The position numbers were made by a program, and so were the translations under genes. A DNA stretch of 24,000 nucleotides, taken from NCBI GenBank assembly GCA_017408985.1, contig JAFQTO010000024.1, positions 24,399 to 48,398 of the forward strand, in the 5' to 3' direction. Source of the DNA: Clostridia bacterium. GTDB taxonomy: Bacteria > Bacillota > Clostridia > Oscillospirales > Butyricicoccaceae. Below, piece after piece: positions 7,890 to 16,301 of the stretch; the stretch's first letter is position 1, and each line of letters starts with the position of its first letter. The notes beneath the pieces are model-generated. The model did no database searches. It was not told the DNA's origin and saw only the letters and a program-made list of their open reading frames with translations.

Positions 7890-9386
7890 TTATTTTGCGT
7901 ATATTATTTCCTCATCCATAATCTTTAAAGCTTCTTGTTCAAGAAGATACGCTTCATAGCGTTTTTCGTTTGCCAGTTTTGCTAAATTGTTGATTTGCGC
8001 TTGAACTTGCTTATTCTTAAGCAACGGTATTTGAACCTGCTGAATATGCCAAGGTTCTATTGCATCAACAACTCCGCCGTAAGTAAAACGTTGAATTAGA
8101 GCTTTTCCATATTCAGAATTAAGAAAAATGTAAACATACCCGCAAATGGTATCATTGGATAATATTTGCATCATATTGTCGCTAATAGCCCAATTGAGAA
8201 AGTGCTTTGGGGGCATTATTACTTCGCCCAATGAACCACGAGCGGGTGTGAGAATAGAGTTTTCTTTAATACCAAGAGATCCTTCAAGCTGTTTTGAATG
8301 AGCTTTTCTAGACAAATATTTTTCACTTGAAGGGTCTAATTGTTTCATCTCTTTTCCACCTAAAAATTTAACGCCATAATCACTTTCTACATATACCCTT
8401 TTAAATCTACCAGGTAAAACAACATCGGAACTAATGCGACTGTCTCCAATGGTTGTAATTTCTGCTGCATGCTCTTTTAAATGTTCAATGATCGCATCAA
8501 CAATCGGCAAATGATAGGAAGCGTCAGCACGATAATTTAAATCGCTGAGTTTAACATTGAATGCATTTACAGAACTGGAATTTTCGATGTTTTTTTGCTC
8601 AAACTCGTTAATAGCAGGTAGTTTTAGTTCGGATATGAGCAATGCTGTCGCTTGGTCTATAAGATCATTCGATTCATCTCGCATTTTGTAAGAGTCGACA
8701 ATTAGGTTATGAATTCCAATTTTTATCTCTTTTGGTGCATTCGGAATAGGAACAGTAGCGAGGTGCTCCGATTCTATATGTGTTATAACGGCACCATAGC
8801 TGTTGGTAAGCAAGATTTTATTGCCTATTCTGCTTTTTAAGTATGTGTAAATGTATCCTTGATCAACCGAATTTCTGCACTCAATTCTTAAAAGATCATG
8901 ACTAAAAACCTTGTTATCTAAAGTGTCAGTTACATATGAAACTTTTCCTATGGTACCCGAACAAGTCATTAGGATTTGACCTTTCGAAACACGCAAGGCA
9001 TCTATATTTGTTTGAGTCAAGTGAGATATATAGCCATCTGGTATCGGTTTAATATCAACTATTGTAGAGGGTTGATATATAGGCAAGTCGGAATGTTCAA
9101 CCCATACTCGTTTAAATCTTGCACAAGTATAGGATGATGTTAACCCGTTCTCGCCACCAATCATAGTCAATGGGAATTTTGAGTTATTGATTATCTGCCG
9201 AGCCTGTTTTGCCTCTACATCAAAAACGCTTGCTTCAAGACGTTTGCCACGAGATATAACATCAGACAAAGACACGGAACACCATTTTATTGGAGATTCG
9301 TTAGCTTTGATATTAGAGGCATCTTGATCGTTATGCATATTCCTTAAGTTGTTGTTTACCACGACAAACCCTCCTGCTTTTTCCAT
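7890..9386 (-). CDS. HsdS-like DNA specificity subunit (two target-recognition domains)
   Basis: The protein repeats twice the layout of a variable TRD followed by a conserved helical spacer (…DQATALLISELKLP… and …INNLAKLANEKRYEAYLLEQEALKIM…). The start is uncertain: ATG 9386 has no RBS, whereas GTG 9362 follows AGGAGGG by 6 nt and overlaps the upstream stop. Confidence 0.85.
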   Translation of the reverse strand: MEKAGGFVVVNNNLRNMHNDQDASNIKANESPIKWCSVSLSDVISRGKRLEASVFDVEAKQARQIINNSKFPLTMIGGENGLTSSYTCARFKRVWVEHSDLPIYQPSTIVDIKPIPDGYISHLTQTNIDALRVSKGQILMTCSGTIGKVSYVTDTLDNKVFSHDLLRIECRNSVDQGYIYTYLKSRIGNKILLTNSYGAVITHIESEHLATVPIPNAPKEIKIGIHNLIVDSYKMRDESNDLIDQATALLISELKLPAINEFEQKNIENSSSVNAFNVKLSDLNYRADASYHLPIVDAIIEHLKEHAAEITTIGDSRISSDVVLPGRFKRVYVESDYGVKFLGGKEMKQLDPSSEKYLSRKAHSKQLEGSLGIKENSILTPARGSLGEVIMPPKHFLNWAISDNMMQILSNDTICGYVYIFLNSEYGKALIQRFTYGGVVDAIEPWHIQQVQIPLLKNKQVQAQINNLAKLANEKRYEAYLLEQEALKIMDEEIIYAK

Positions 9387-11377
9387 TCTGTAAAGATTGC
9401 AGGAATATCAGGCGTTTGATCATCTTCCACCTTCTTTTTCTGTTGGTGAGATATAGACTTATCTCCCTCTCCTGTTTCTCCAATTACAAGAACACTGTTG
9501 GTATCAGGTACAAGAATCTCATTGCCTTCTTTGTCACGTTTAAAGGTTGGGGTTCCACGTCTATCATGTCCAACCTTTTCAACCATAGCCATAAAGATAT
9601 TATAATCTGCCATTGTGCCCGCTTTTTCCTCAGTATCTTTCTGTTGCTGAGTTTTCTTTTGTAAGAAAAGAACCGAAGTTTGTGTGCCATTTCGAGGTTG
9701 GAAAGTATCGACGTGCAAATCAACACTACCGATAATTCGATGATTTTTTATCAACCATTCACGAATATATCCTAAACCGGGCGAACCAAGAATTGAATCA
9801 GGAAGAACTATACCCAATCTGCCGCCTTCAACAAGTAATTGTGTGCAACGCTCGATAAATAAGATTTCGGGAGGCACAGAGGATTGCAAACGTTCAGTCA
9901 TTGTCCAAACGCCTGTCTTTTTATTGTTTTCCCAAATGTGAGCAAGTTCAAATTGTTCTAAAATATTTTTATCTTTCACAGGGATTTTACTACCAAAAGG
10001 TGGGTTTGTAACAATAACATCAAAATATGCAATGGTATTATGATTTCTCAACTCACTTTTTTCAATACCGAGTGCCTCTGCTAATTTAGTGCGAAACTCA
10101 TCCGTCCATTCGTGAGGAGGTAAAAGCGAATTGGTTTGAAGAATATTACCACTACCATCATTGTTCATAACCATATTCATTTTGGTCGCTTTAACAAGGT
10201 CGGGATTGATATCGAATCCAAAATAATAGTGTGAAGCCATATCCGAAATACGATCGTTAAATGCGCGCATAGAGTCACTATCCCAATTCTTTCGATCACA
10301 GCCAATTTGTGCTGAAAATTCTCTTTCGAGATCTGCAATTACGTGTGTCATGGCAGTAACTAAGAAGCCACCTGTACCGCAAGAGCTATCCAATACTCTT
10401 TCGTCCATCTTGGGATTTATCATCTCAACAACCATCTTCATAACGTTACGAGGCGTAAAGAATTCACCTCTATCGCCACGGAGGTTGGCGCCAACAATTT
10501 CTTCGTATGCCTTCCCTTTAATGTCGATGTTAGTGTTAAGAAGGCTGTATTTCTGAAGTTCACTTACTATGTATGCCAAGCTTCTAGGTGCAAGTTTGAT
10601 TTCGTCATTGGAATCAAAAATTTTTCCGTGTTTTTTCTTTACTCTTTCAAAAATCTTCGATATACGCTTTTTAACGGTAAGCTGACCATCGGGATTTGAA
10701 CGTTCTTCTGATGTAGTGTAAAAATCAAGAGGATTAGGGATATTACGTTCATCTTCAATTTTGCAGAAAATAACCTTTAACAGTTCAAAAAACGCAGGCT
10801 GTTTTTGCAAACCATCATTTACGTGAATATGATTATGACAGGTCTTAAAAACGAACAATAAATTATCATCGTAAGCATTTTTTAATGATGTTCTTTTGGG
10901 GCGGTTAATATCATCCAAACTACCGTCAGCAGAGGGAATATCATTGTAATCCATAAAATCAATTTGTCCCTTATCATTGACAAATTTACGGAATACTTCT
11001 TTCTGCTTGCCGTTTGTCCACATACCCCACTCACAGTTAGGACAAGCAGACATATAAGATTTTAGTTGTTCAACACCATCTTTAGCATTACGTGCTTCAA
11101 CTGCCTCTTTCTTACACTCGATAATCAATTTGACGTTTTCTTGGGTTTGTTCGATGCAGTCTTTGTCAAAGATAACAATATCTGCACGCGGCTTACGTGA
11201 GCCGAGTTGCAGCGTATATTCGATCTTAATCTGTTTAGGCAGATACTTATGCTCGTTTACAAGTCTTTTTTCAATAGTTTGTCTTACATACTCTTCGGGT
11301 GTATCGTTACGGAATTTTCCATCGACATAGTCGCAGATTTTACCATCCGGTATAACAATCACTTTAGTTTCAGCCAT
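9356..11377 (-). CDS. Fused restriction endonuclease / N6-adenine DNA methyltransferase (BcgI-A-like RM subunit)
   Basis: The N-terminus has a PD-(D/E)xK-like motif as in HSDR_N domains (RADIVIF…VKLIIECKKE). SAM-binding motif I is LDSSCGTGGFL and catalytic motif IV is TNPPFGS. No helicase/translocase domain or separate hsdR is nearby. RBS AAGGAG precedes ATG 11377. Confidence 0.85.
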   Translation of the reverse strand: MAETKVIVIPDGKICDYVDGKFRNDTPEEYVRQTIEKRLVNEHKYLPKQIKIEYTLQLGSRKPRADIVIFDKDCIEQTQENVKLIIECKKEAVEARNAKDGVEQLKSYMSACPNCEWGMWTNGKQKEVFRKFVNDKGQIDFMDYNDIPSADGSLDDINRPKRTSLKNAYDDNLLFVFKTCHNHIHVNDGLQKQPAFFELLKVIFCKIEDERNIPNPLDFYTTSEERSNPDGQLTVKKRISKIFERVKKKHGKIFDSNDEIKLAPRSLAYIVSELQKYSLLNTNIDIKGKAYEEIVGANLRGDRGEFFTPRNVMKMVVEMINPKMDERVLDSSCGTGGFLVTAMTHVIADLEREFSAQIGCDRKNWDSDSMRAFNDRISDMASHYYFGFDINPDLVKATKMNMVMNNDGSGNILQTNSLLPPHEWTDEFRTKLAEALGIEKSELRNHNTIAYFDVIVTNPPFGSKIPVKDKNILEQFELAHIWENNKKTGVWTMTERLQSSVPPEILFIERCTQLLVEGGRLGIVLPDSILGSPGLGYIREWLIKNHRIIGSVDLHVDTFQPRNGTQTSVLFLQKKTQQQKDTEEKAGTMADYNIFMAMVEKVGHDRRGTPTFKRDKEGNEILVPDTNSVLVIGETGEGDKSISHQQKKKVEDDQTPDIPAIFTEWKKQEGLSW

Positions 11378-11561
11378 TTATATCTACTCCTTTTTTATGC
11401 TTTTTTAAATAATCATCAGCCGCCTTATTAAATAAATCGGCCATGCTGTGCATGTTATCATCATAAGCGATAGCAGATTTTAGGGCTTTTAATTTTTCAG
11501 GATTCATTCTAAATTGAATTTGTTGTTTTCGATCTGATTTATCCACTTTTTTAGAAGACAT
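11370..11561 (-). CDS. Small ribbon-helix-helix-like protein; candidate controller of the RM module
   Basis: 63 aa counted from the ATG at 11561, preceded by TAGGAGGTG. The segment KQQIQFRMNPEKLKALKSAIA fits a beta-strand plus helix RHH N-terminus. Its stop overlaps the RM gene start by 8 nt (ATAAATGGCTGA). Confidence 0.55.
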   Translation of the reverse strand: MSSKKVDKSDRKQQIQFRMNPEKLKALKSAIAYDDNMHSMADLFNKAADDYLKKHKKGVDING

Positions 11562-11577
11562 CAAAAAAGCACCTCCT

Positions 11578-11631
11578 AATGATATCATTCAATCTTGATA
11601 TAATGATATCATTTGTGACAGGAGTTGTCAA
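11578..11631 (-). promoter_or_regulatory. Promoter of the RM module with two identical 12-bp palindromic operator candidates
   Basis: On the minus strand: TTGACA (11626-11631), a 17-nt spacer, then TATCAT (11603-11608). The palindrome AATGATATCATT lies at 11602-11613, overlapping the -10, and again at 11578-11589, abutting the RBS. Centres are 24 bp apart. Confidence 0.7.
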
Positions 11632-11726
11632 GAATTTTTGTCGCACAACATAACAAGCAGGGAAAATGTACATCACATTTTCCACATTTTTAGGACATCC
11701 TAAAGCCTTATGATAAAAAGAAAAAA

Positions 11727-11750
11727 GCAGAAACGATTTTTCGTTTCTGC
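11727..11750. terminator. Bidirectional intrinsic terminator
   Basis: Perfect 10-bp stem gcagaaacga-tttt-tcgtttctgc flanked by A6 and T5. It lies downstream of the MATE gene on the minus strand. Confidence 0.85.
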
Positions 11751-11813
11751 TTTTTAATTACTGCCCTTTAGAGTACAACGCCTATGGTCTGCTCCCTTAT
11801 TTTTTTCACAGGA

Positions 11814-13193
11814 TCACTCGTGAGATTGTGTCTTTTCTGCCAGGTCGATCTTCTTTCGAATGGCGCGTAGAATAGGGATCGCCAAAAGGATGGAAAGCAC
11901 ATCCGCCAGGGCCTGAACGGTGGCAATGCCGTAAGCGCCCAAAAGCCAGGCCATGGGATACAAAATGGGAATAAAGCAGGTGCCCTGCCGGGCAGTGGAC
12001 AGCGCCAATGCGCCCTTGGCATCGCCCAGGCCGGCACAAAGCATATTGACGATGGCGACCCAGCCGTGGATCGGCATAGCCAGGCTTTGGGAGACCATGC
12101 AGATCACGCCGATGCGGCGCATCTCGGCATCTGTACCGGCAAACAGAACGATCATCCAGTCCGCCATCAGAATCAGAATCACTGCCATGACAACGCCACC
12201 CCACAGCGCCACCTTTGCGGAAAAGCGGTAGCTCTCCCGGACACGGTCATAGCGCTTCGCGCCCCAGTTAAAGCCAGCCACCGGCTGGAAGCCCTGGGAA
12301 AAGCCCAAAATACTGCCGAAGGGGAACATGGCAATCTTGGTGCAAACGCCCACCGCCGCCAACACGGAATCGGAGATGTCGCCTGCCAGGGTGTTGAGCA
12401 TGATGGCAGACACCACCGCCAGTCCGGAGCGGAACATGGAGGAAGAACCCACGGAGACCACCTTGGTGATAATATCCCTGGAAGGGTGGAAATTCCGAAT
12501 GGAAAGGTGCAGCAAGCTGTGCCGGGTGATATAGGGGAATATAAGGATGGCAAAGCTGACCCACTTGGAGATGGCGGTTGCCAAGGATGCGCCGGCCACA
12601 CCCATATCCAAGCCAAAAATAAAGATAGGATCGAGAATGCAGTTCAGAACACCGCCGAAGCCCATGCCGATCATGCTCAAGGTGGCGCTTCCTTCGGAGC
12701 GCAGACACTGATTCATAACGAAATTGGCAGCCATAAAGGGAGCGGCATAGAGCACATAGGTGGCATAATCCACAGAGTACTGCTCACAGGTGGGCGTCGC
12801 GCCCAACAGCCGCACCATGGGAAGCATAAAAATCGTGCCGAAGATCATCAGCAGAGCGCCAATGCCCATGGCGGAGAAAAAGGAGGTGGACAGGACCTGG
12901 CTGGCCTTTTTATCCTGGCCGTCGCCCAAAAGCCGGGCGATATAGCTGTTGGCGCCCACTGCCAGCATTGAGCCGCACATCATGATCAGCTGATCCAGGG
13001 ATGCGTTGACACTGACCGCCGCTGTGGCGTTGGTGCCCAGGGAGCTGACAAAATAGGTGTCCGCCAGGGAATATATGGAGTTGATCAGAAAAGCCACGAT
13101 GGTCGGGATCGCCATTCTGGGAATGATCTTCGATACCGGCTCGTTGAGCATCATATTCCTTCGTTGCTCCTGATTTTGTACACGGTCTCGCAT
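11814..13193 (-). CDS. MATE-family efflux transporter
   Basis: A ~450-aa polytopic membrane protein with a MATE-type N-terminus (IPRMAIPTIVAFLINSIYSLADTYFVSSLG) and internal duplication of six-helix halves. The start could alternatively be ATG 13154 or 13151. Confidence 0.85.
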   Translation of the reverse strand: MRDRVQNQEQRRNMMLNEPVSKIIPRMAIPTIVAFLINSIYSLADTYFVSSLGTNATAAVSVNASLDQLIMMCGSMLAVGANSYIARLLGDGQDKKASQVLSTSFFSAMGIGALLMIFGTIFMLPMVRLLGATPTCEQYSVDYATYVLYAAPFMAANFVMNQCLRSEGSATLSMIGMGFGGVLNCILDPIFIFGLDMGVAGASLATAISKWVSFAILIFPYITRHSLLHLSIRNFHPSRDIITKVVSVGSSSMFRSGLAVVSAIMLNTLAGDISDSVLAAVGVCTKIAMFPFGSILGFSQGFQPVAGFNWGAKRYDRVRESYRFSAKVALWGGVVMAVILILMADWMIVLFAGTDAEMRRIGVICMVSQSLAMPIHGWVAIVNMLCAGLGDAKGALALSTARQGTCFIPILYPMAWLLGAYGIATVQALADVLSILLAIPILRAIRKKIDLAEKTQSHE

Positions 13194-13225
13194 GTTGAAG
13201 TGCCCTTTCTATCTGTATTGGGTAC

Positions 13226-13254
13226 ATTATAACACCCTCCGGGGCAAAATACAA
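13226..13254 (-). promoter_or_regulatory. Promoter for the MATE gene
   Basis: On the minus strand: TTGTAT (13249-13254), a 17-nt spacer, then TATAAT (13226-13231). Confidence 0.6.
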
Positions 13255-13265
13255 CCTGTTAATAC

Positions 13266-13294
13266 TTGTACCTTCCCGCCCTGTGTGATATGAT
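13266..13294 (+). promoter_or_regulatory. Promoter for the cyclase-family gene
   Basis: TTGTAC (13266-13271), a 17-nt spacer, then TATGAT (13289-13294). RBS AAGGAGA at 13311-13317. Confidence 0.55.
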
Positions 13295-13322
13295 ATAAAA
13301 AGTATCTGTAAGGAGATATGCT

Positions 13323-13961
13323 ATGAAACTGATTGATCTGACCCACACCATTTACCCGGATATGCCCGTCTATCCCGGAACAGAACAACCCAAGCTCTCC
13401 CCCGCCTCGGACTACGAAAAAGACGGCTTTAAGGAGACCTATCTGCAAATGTTCTCCCACACCGGCACCCACATTGACGCCCCTTCTCACATTTTCCCCG
13501 GACGGACCTCTCTGGATCAGTTTCCTGCAGAGCAGTTTGCGGGTATGGCGCTGGTGGTGGACTGCCGGGATCTGAAGCCGGGTCAGCGGATCACCATGGC
13601 AAAGATTCCAACAGACCTGGCGCAACAGGCGGACTTTCTGCTGTTTGATCTGGGCTGGGACAAATATTGGGGCACAGCTACGTACTTTGGGGACTATCCC
13701 TACCTGGACGATGCCGTCATGGATTACATCCTCTCCGGGGATTTCAAGGGCATCGGCTTTGACGGGATCAGTCTGGATCCCATTTCCGATTGCCGCCTCA
13801 CCCTACATAAAAGGCTTTTTGCTGAAAAAGATATCATCAACATTGAAAATCTGAAGGGCCTGCATCTGTGCGGAAAGGACCTTTTCCATTTCGGCTGTTT
13901 CCCCCTGAAGTTCCGGGACGCCGACGGCGCTCCTGCCCGGGCAGTCGCTTGGTGGGACTGA
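13323..13961 (+). CDS. Cyclase-family protein (arylformamidase / kynurenine formamidase-like)
   Basis: Signature HTGTHIDAPSH (HxGTHxDxPxH) and a typical ~210-aa length. Confidence 0.8.
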   Translation: MKLIDLTHTIYPDMPVYPGTEQPKLSPASDYEKDGFKETYLQMFSHTGTHIDAPSHIFPGRTSLDQFPAEQFAGMALVVDCRDLKPGQRITMAKIPTDLAQQADFLLFDLGWDKYWGTATYFGDYPYLDDAVMDYILSGDFKGIGFDGISLDPISDCRLTLHKRLFAEKDIINIENLKGLHLCGKDLFHFGCFPLKFRDADGAPARAVAWWD

Positions 13962-14037
13962 CAGGGTCAGCAACTTTGGAAAAAAGCCATTGCCTTAAGC
14001 AGAAGCAAACCGAACAGATAATTTCCCCAAAAAGGCG

Positions 14038-14065
14038 TTGAATTTTACGGAAAATTGGCTATAAT
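14038..14065 (+). promoter_or_regulatory. Promoter for the amidohydrolase gene
   Basis: TTGAAT (14038-14043), a 16-nt spacer, then TATAAT (14060-14065). Confidence 0.55.
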
Positions 14066-14095
14066 AAAAGCAATTTCCAAGGCGAGGCGATTTCA

Positions 14096-14881
14096 ATGAA
14101 GATCATAGATATCCACACCCACATATATCCCGATGACATTGCCCAAAAGGCAACGGACAGCGTGCGGAATTTTTATCAGATCGGCGACTTTTCCATGAAC
14201 GGCACTGCGGATATGCTGCTCAAGCGCGGCGCCCAGGCCGGCATCAGCCAATTTGTGATCCTGCCGGTGGCAATCCGTCCGGACCGGGTGCAGCACATTA
14301 ACGATTTTATCTGGGAGCAGGCGCAGCTCCACGACTGCTTCATTCCCTTCGGTACGGTCCATGCCGCCATGGACGGTCTGACTGACGAGGTGGAGCGACT
14401 GCTTTCTCGGGGTGTCAAGGGCATCAAGATACACCCGGATTCCCAGCGGTTTGGCATCGATGACCCCCGGCTGTTCCCCATGTACGAAGCCATCCGGGGC
14501 AGAGTGCCGGTGCTGTTGCACATGGGCGACCACCGCTACAACTACTCCCACCCCGTAAAGCTACGGAAGATGCTGGATATGTTCCCCGGGTTGAATGCCA
14601 TCGCCGCCCATTTCGGCGGTTACAGCATGTATGAGACCGCCTGCGAATTGCTCCGGGATACAGACTGCGTCATGGATATTTCCAGCTCCATGATGTTTAT
14701 GGATCCGGGGGTGCCGGAAAAATATATCAACCTTTACGGCGCTGAGCGTATGGCTTTCGGCTCGGACTATCCCATGTGGGATCCCCTGAAGGAGGTCGGG
14801 CAGTTCCTGGATCTGGATCTGACCGATGCCCAAAAAGAGCAGATCGCCTGGAAAACCGCCACCCGCATTCTAAAGTTATAA
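14096..14881 (+). CDS. Amidohydrolase-family (TIM-barrel metal-dependent hydrolase) protein
   Basis: N-terminal IIDIHTHIYP metal-binding motif and C-terminal FGSDYPMWDP; ~260 aa. Confidence 0.8.
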   Translation: MKIIDIHTHIYPDDIAQKATDSVRNFYQIGDFSMNGTADMLLKRGAQAGISQFVILPVAIRPDRVQHINDFIWEQAQLHDCFIPFGTVHAAMDGLTDEVERLLSRGVKGIKIHPDSQRFGIDDPRLFPMYEAIRGRVPVLLHMGDHRYNYSHPVKLRKMLDMFPGLNAIAAHFGGYSMYETACELLRDTDCVMDISSSMMFMDPGVPEKYINLYGAERMAFGSDYPMWDPLKEVGQFLDLDLTDAQKEQIAWKTATRILKL

Positions 14882-14913
14882 AAAAGACCGTGTCTTGCGA
14901 CACGGTCTTTTTT
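14880..14913. terminator. Bidirectional terminator, copy 1 of an identical 34-bp sequence
   Basis: aaaaaa-gaccgtgtc-ttgc-gacacggtc-tttttt, immediately after the amidohydrolase stop. Confidence 0.85.
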
Positions 14914-15062
14914 CAGTCTGTCTAAAAATTCATTTTGACAGACTGGCAGAGGGCAAAGGAGCCGTCAAGACAAACAACGCGACCCCGAAGTGTATGTGGA
15001 TACTCGAGAGGGGAGCGTTGTGCAGTAAGTCAAAACGCCTTGCGGAGCAAGCCTTTCTTCAA

Positions 15063-15102
15063 TCCCTCAGTCTTTTTGCTGCGCAAAAATTCAGCTCCCT
15101 TT
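15063..15102 (+). repeat. Third copy of the intergenic motif-hairpin-motif element
   Basis: TCCCTCAGTC-TTTTTGC-tgc-GCAAAAA-tt-CAGCTCCCTTT. The flanks CCCTCAGTC and CAGCTCCC match the reverse strand of 7702-7737, but the internal hairpin has a different sequence. Confidence 0.6.
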
Positions 15103-15177
15103 ACACAAGGAAGCCGGTGTTTCCCCTATCTTAAAGTAATTGCGTTTTGACGGTTGGCGGGTTCTTTGACGCTCTGA

Positions 15178-15211
15178 AAAAAAGACCGTGTCTTGCGACA
15201 CGGTCTTTTTT
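15178..15211. terminator. Bidirectional terminator, copy 2 of the identical 34-bp sequence
   Basis: The same 34 nt as 14880-14913, located 4 nt beyond the ilvE stop on the minus strand. Confidence 0.85.
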
Positions 15212-15215
15212 ATGA

Positions 15216-16289
15216 TTACTTACCCACTTTGACACGCCAACCCTTGGTATCGGGCAGACGGCCGGTCTGAATGCCGGTGATGGTATCGTAGAGCTTCAGA
15301 CTCAAAGGACCGGTCTCGCCGTTGCCAATGGTCATGACCTCATTCTGATAGCGCAACTTGCCCACCGGCGAGATAACGGCGGCAGTGCCGGTACCGAACA
15401 CCTCTTCCAAAGTGCCATCCTTCTGGGCCTGCAACAGCTCCTCAGCGGAGATCTTCCGCTCCTGGACCTCATAGCCCCAATCCTTGCACAGCTCGATGGT
15501 GGAGTTGCGGGTGATGCCGGGCAGGATAGAGCCGCTGAGCGCAGGTGTGACCACCTTGCCGGCGATCTTGAAGAAGATGTTCATAGCGCCCACCTCTTCA
15601 ATGTACTTGCGCTCCACGCCGTCCAGCCACAGGACCTGAGAATAGCCTGCGTCGTGGGCCTTCTGCTGGGCGATCAGGCTGGCGGCGTAGTTGCCGCCGG
15701 TCTTGGCAAAGCCGATGCCGCCACGGACTGCCCGGACATACTCATCCTCGATCCAGATGCCTACAGGCGCCAATCCGCTTTCGTAGTAAGCGCCGCTGGG
15801 GGAGAGGATCACCATAAACAGGTAGGTCTTTGAGGGCGCAACACCCAGGAACTCATCGGTGGCGATGATGAAGGGACGGATGTACAAAGATGTGCCGGGC
15901 TCGGTGGGAATCCAATCCCGATCTACATCCACCACTGCGCTGACAGCCTGCACAAAGTCCTCAACAGGCAGTTGGGGAATCACCAGACGGTCGTTGGTGT
16001 TGTTGGTCCGCTTTGCGTTCATATCGGGGCGGAACAGGAAGATATCGCCGTTGTCGCCCTTATAGGCCTTCAAGCCCTCGAACATCTCCTGGCCGTAGTG
16101 GTAGACCATGGCGGCAGGAGAAAGGCTGATGTTCTGGAAGGGCACGATCCGGGGATCATGCCAACCCTGGCCCTCTGTATAGTTCATTACGAACATGTGA
16201 TCTGTGAAGATCTTACCGAAGCCCAGCTTCTGGCCGGGGGCCGGCTTTTGCTTGGGGCTTGTGGTTTTGGTAATTTTAATATTCAGCAT
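15216..16289 (-). CDS. ilvE: Branched-chain amino acid aminotransferase
   Basis: 357 aa with class-IV aminotransferase/BCAT signatures (FGKIFTDHMF, MFEGLKAYK, AKTGGNYAASL). RBS AAGGGAGG. Confidence 0.92.
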   Translation of the reverse strand: MLNIKITKTTSPKQKPAPGQKLGFGKIFTDHMFVMNYTEGQGWHDPRIVPFQNISLSPAAMVYHYGQEMFEGLKAYKGDNGDIFLFRPDMNAKRTNNTNDRLVIPQLPVEDFVQAVSAVVDVDRDWIPTEPGTSLYIRPFIIATDEFLGVAPSKTYLFMVILSPSGAYYESGLAPVGIWIEDEYVRAVRGGIGFAKTGGNYAASLIAQQKAHDAGYSQVLWLDGVERKYIEEVGAMNIFFKIAGKVVTPALSGSILPGITRNSTIELCKDWGYEVQERKISAEELLQAQKDGTLEEVFGTGTAAVISPVGKLRYQNEVMTIGNGETGPLSLKLYDTITGIQTGRLPDTKGWRVKVGK

Positions 16290-16301
16290 AATATGCCTCC
16301 C

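Larger units (their letters stand above)
7884..11760. other. AT-rich compositional island carrying a three-gene restriction-modification module
   Basis: Base composition drops abruptly by eye, with long A/T runs and A/T-rich codons, relative to the GC-rich flanks on both sides. The island is bounded by strong hairpin terminators (7848-7882 and 11727-11750). No recombinase gene is present. Confidence 0.7.

Noticed and set aside
7878-11760. Similar strings tgcttttaat (7878-7887) and tgctttttaat (11748-11758) at the two island edges, considered as a target-site duplication
   Set aside because: Both are simply the 3-prime arm plus T-tract of two unrelated terminator hairpins. The match is short, imperfect and low-complexity.
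13323-14881. The cyclase-family and amidohydrolase genes considered as a functional two-gene pathway
   Set aside because: Each has its own promoter-like element, and they are separated by 134 bp. Both families are too broad to infer a shared substrate from sequence alone.
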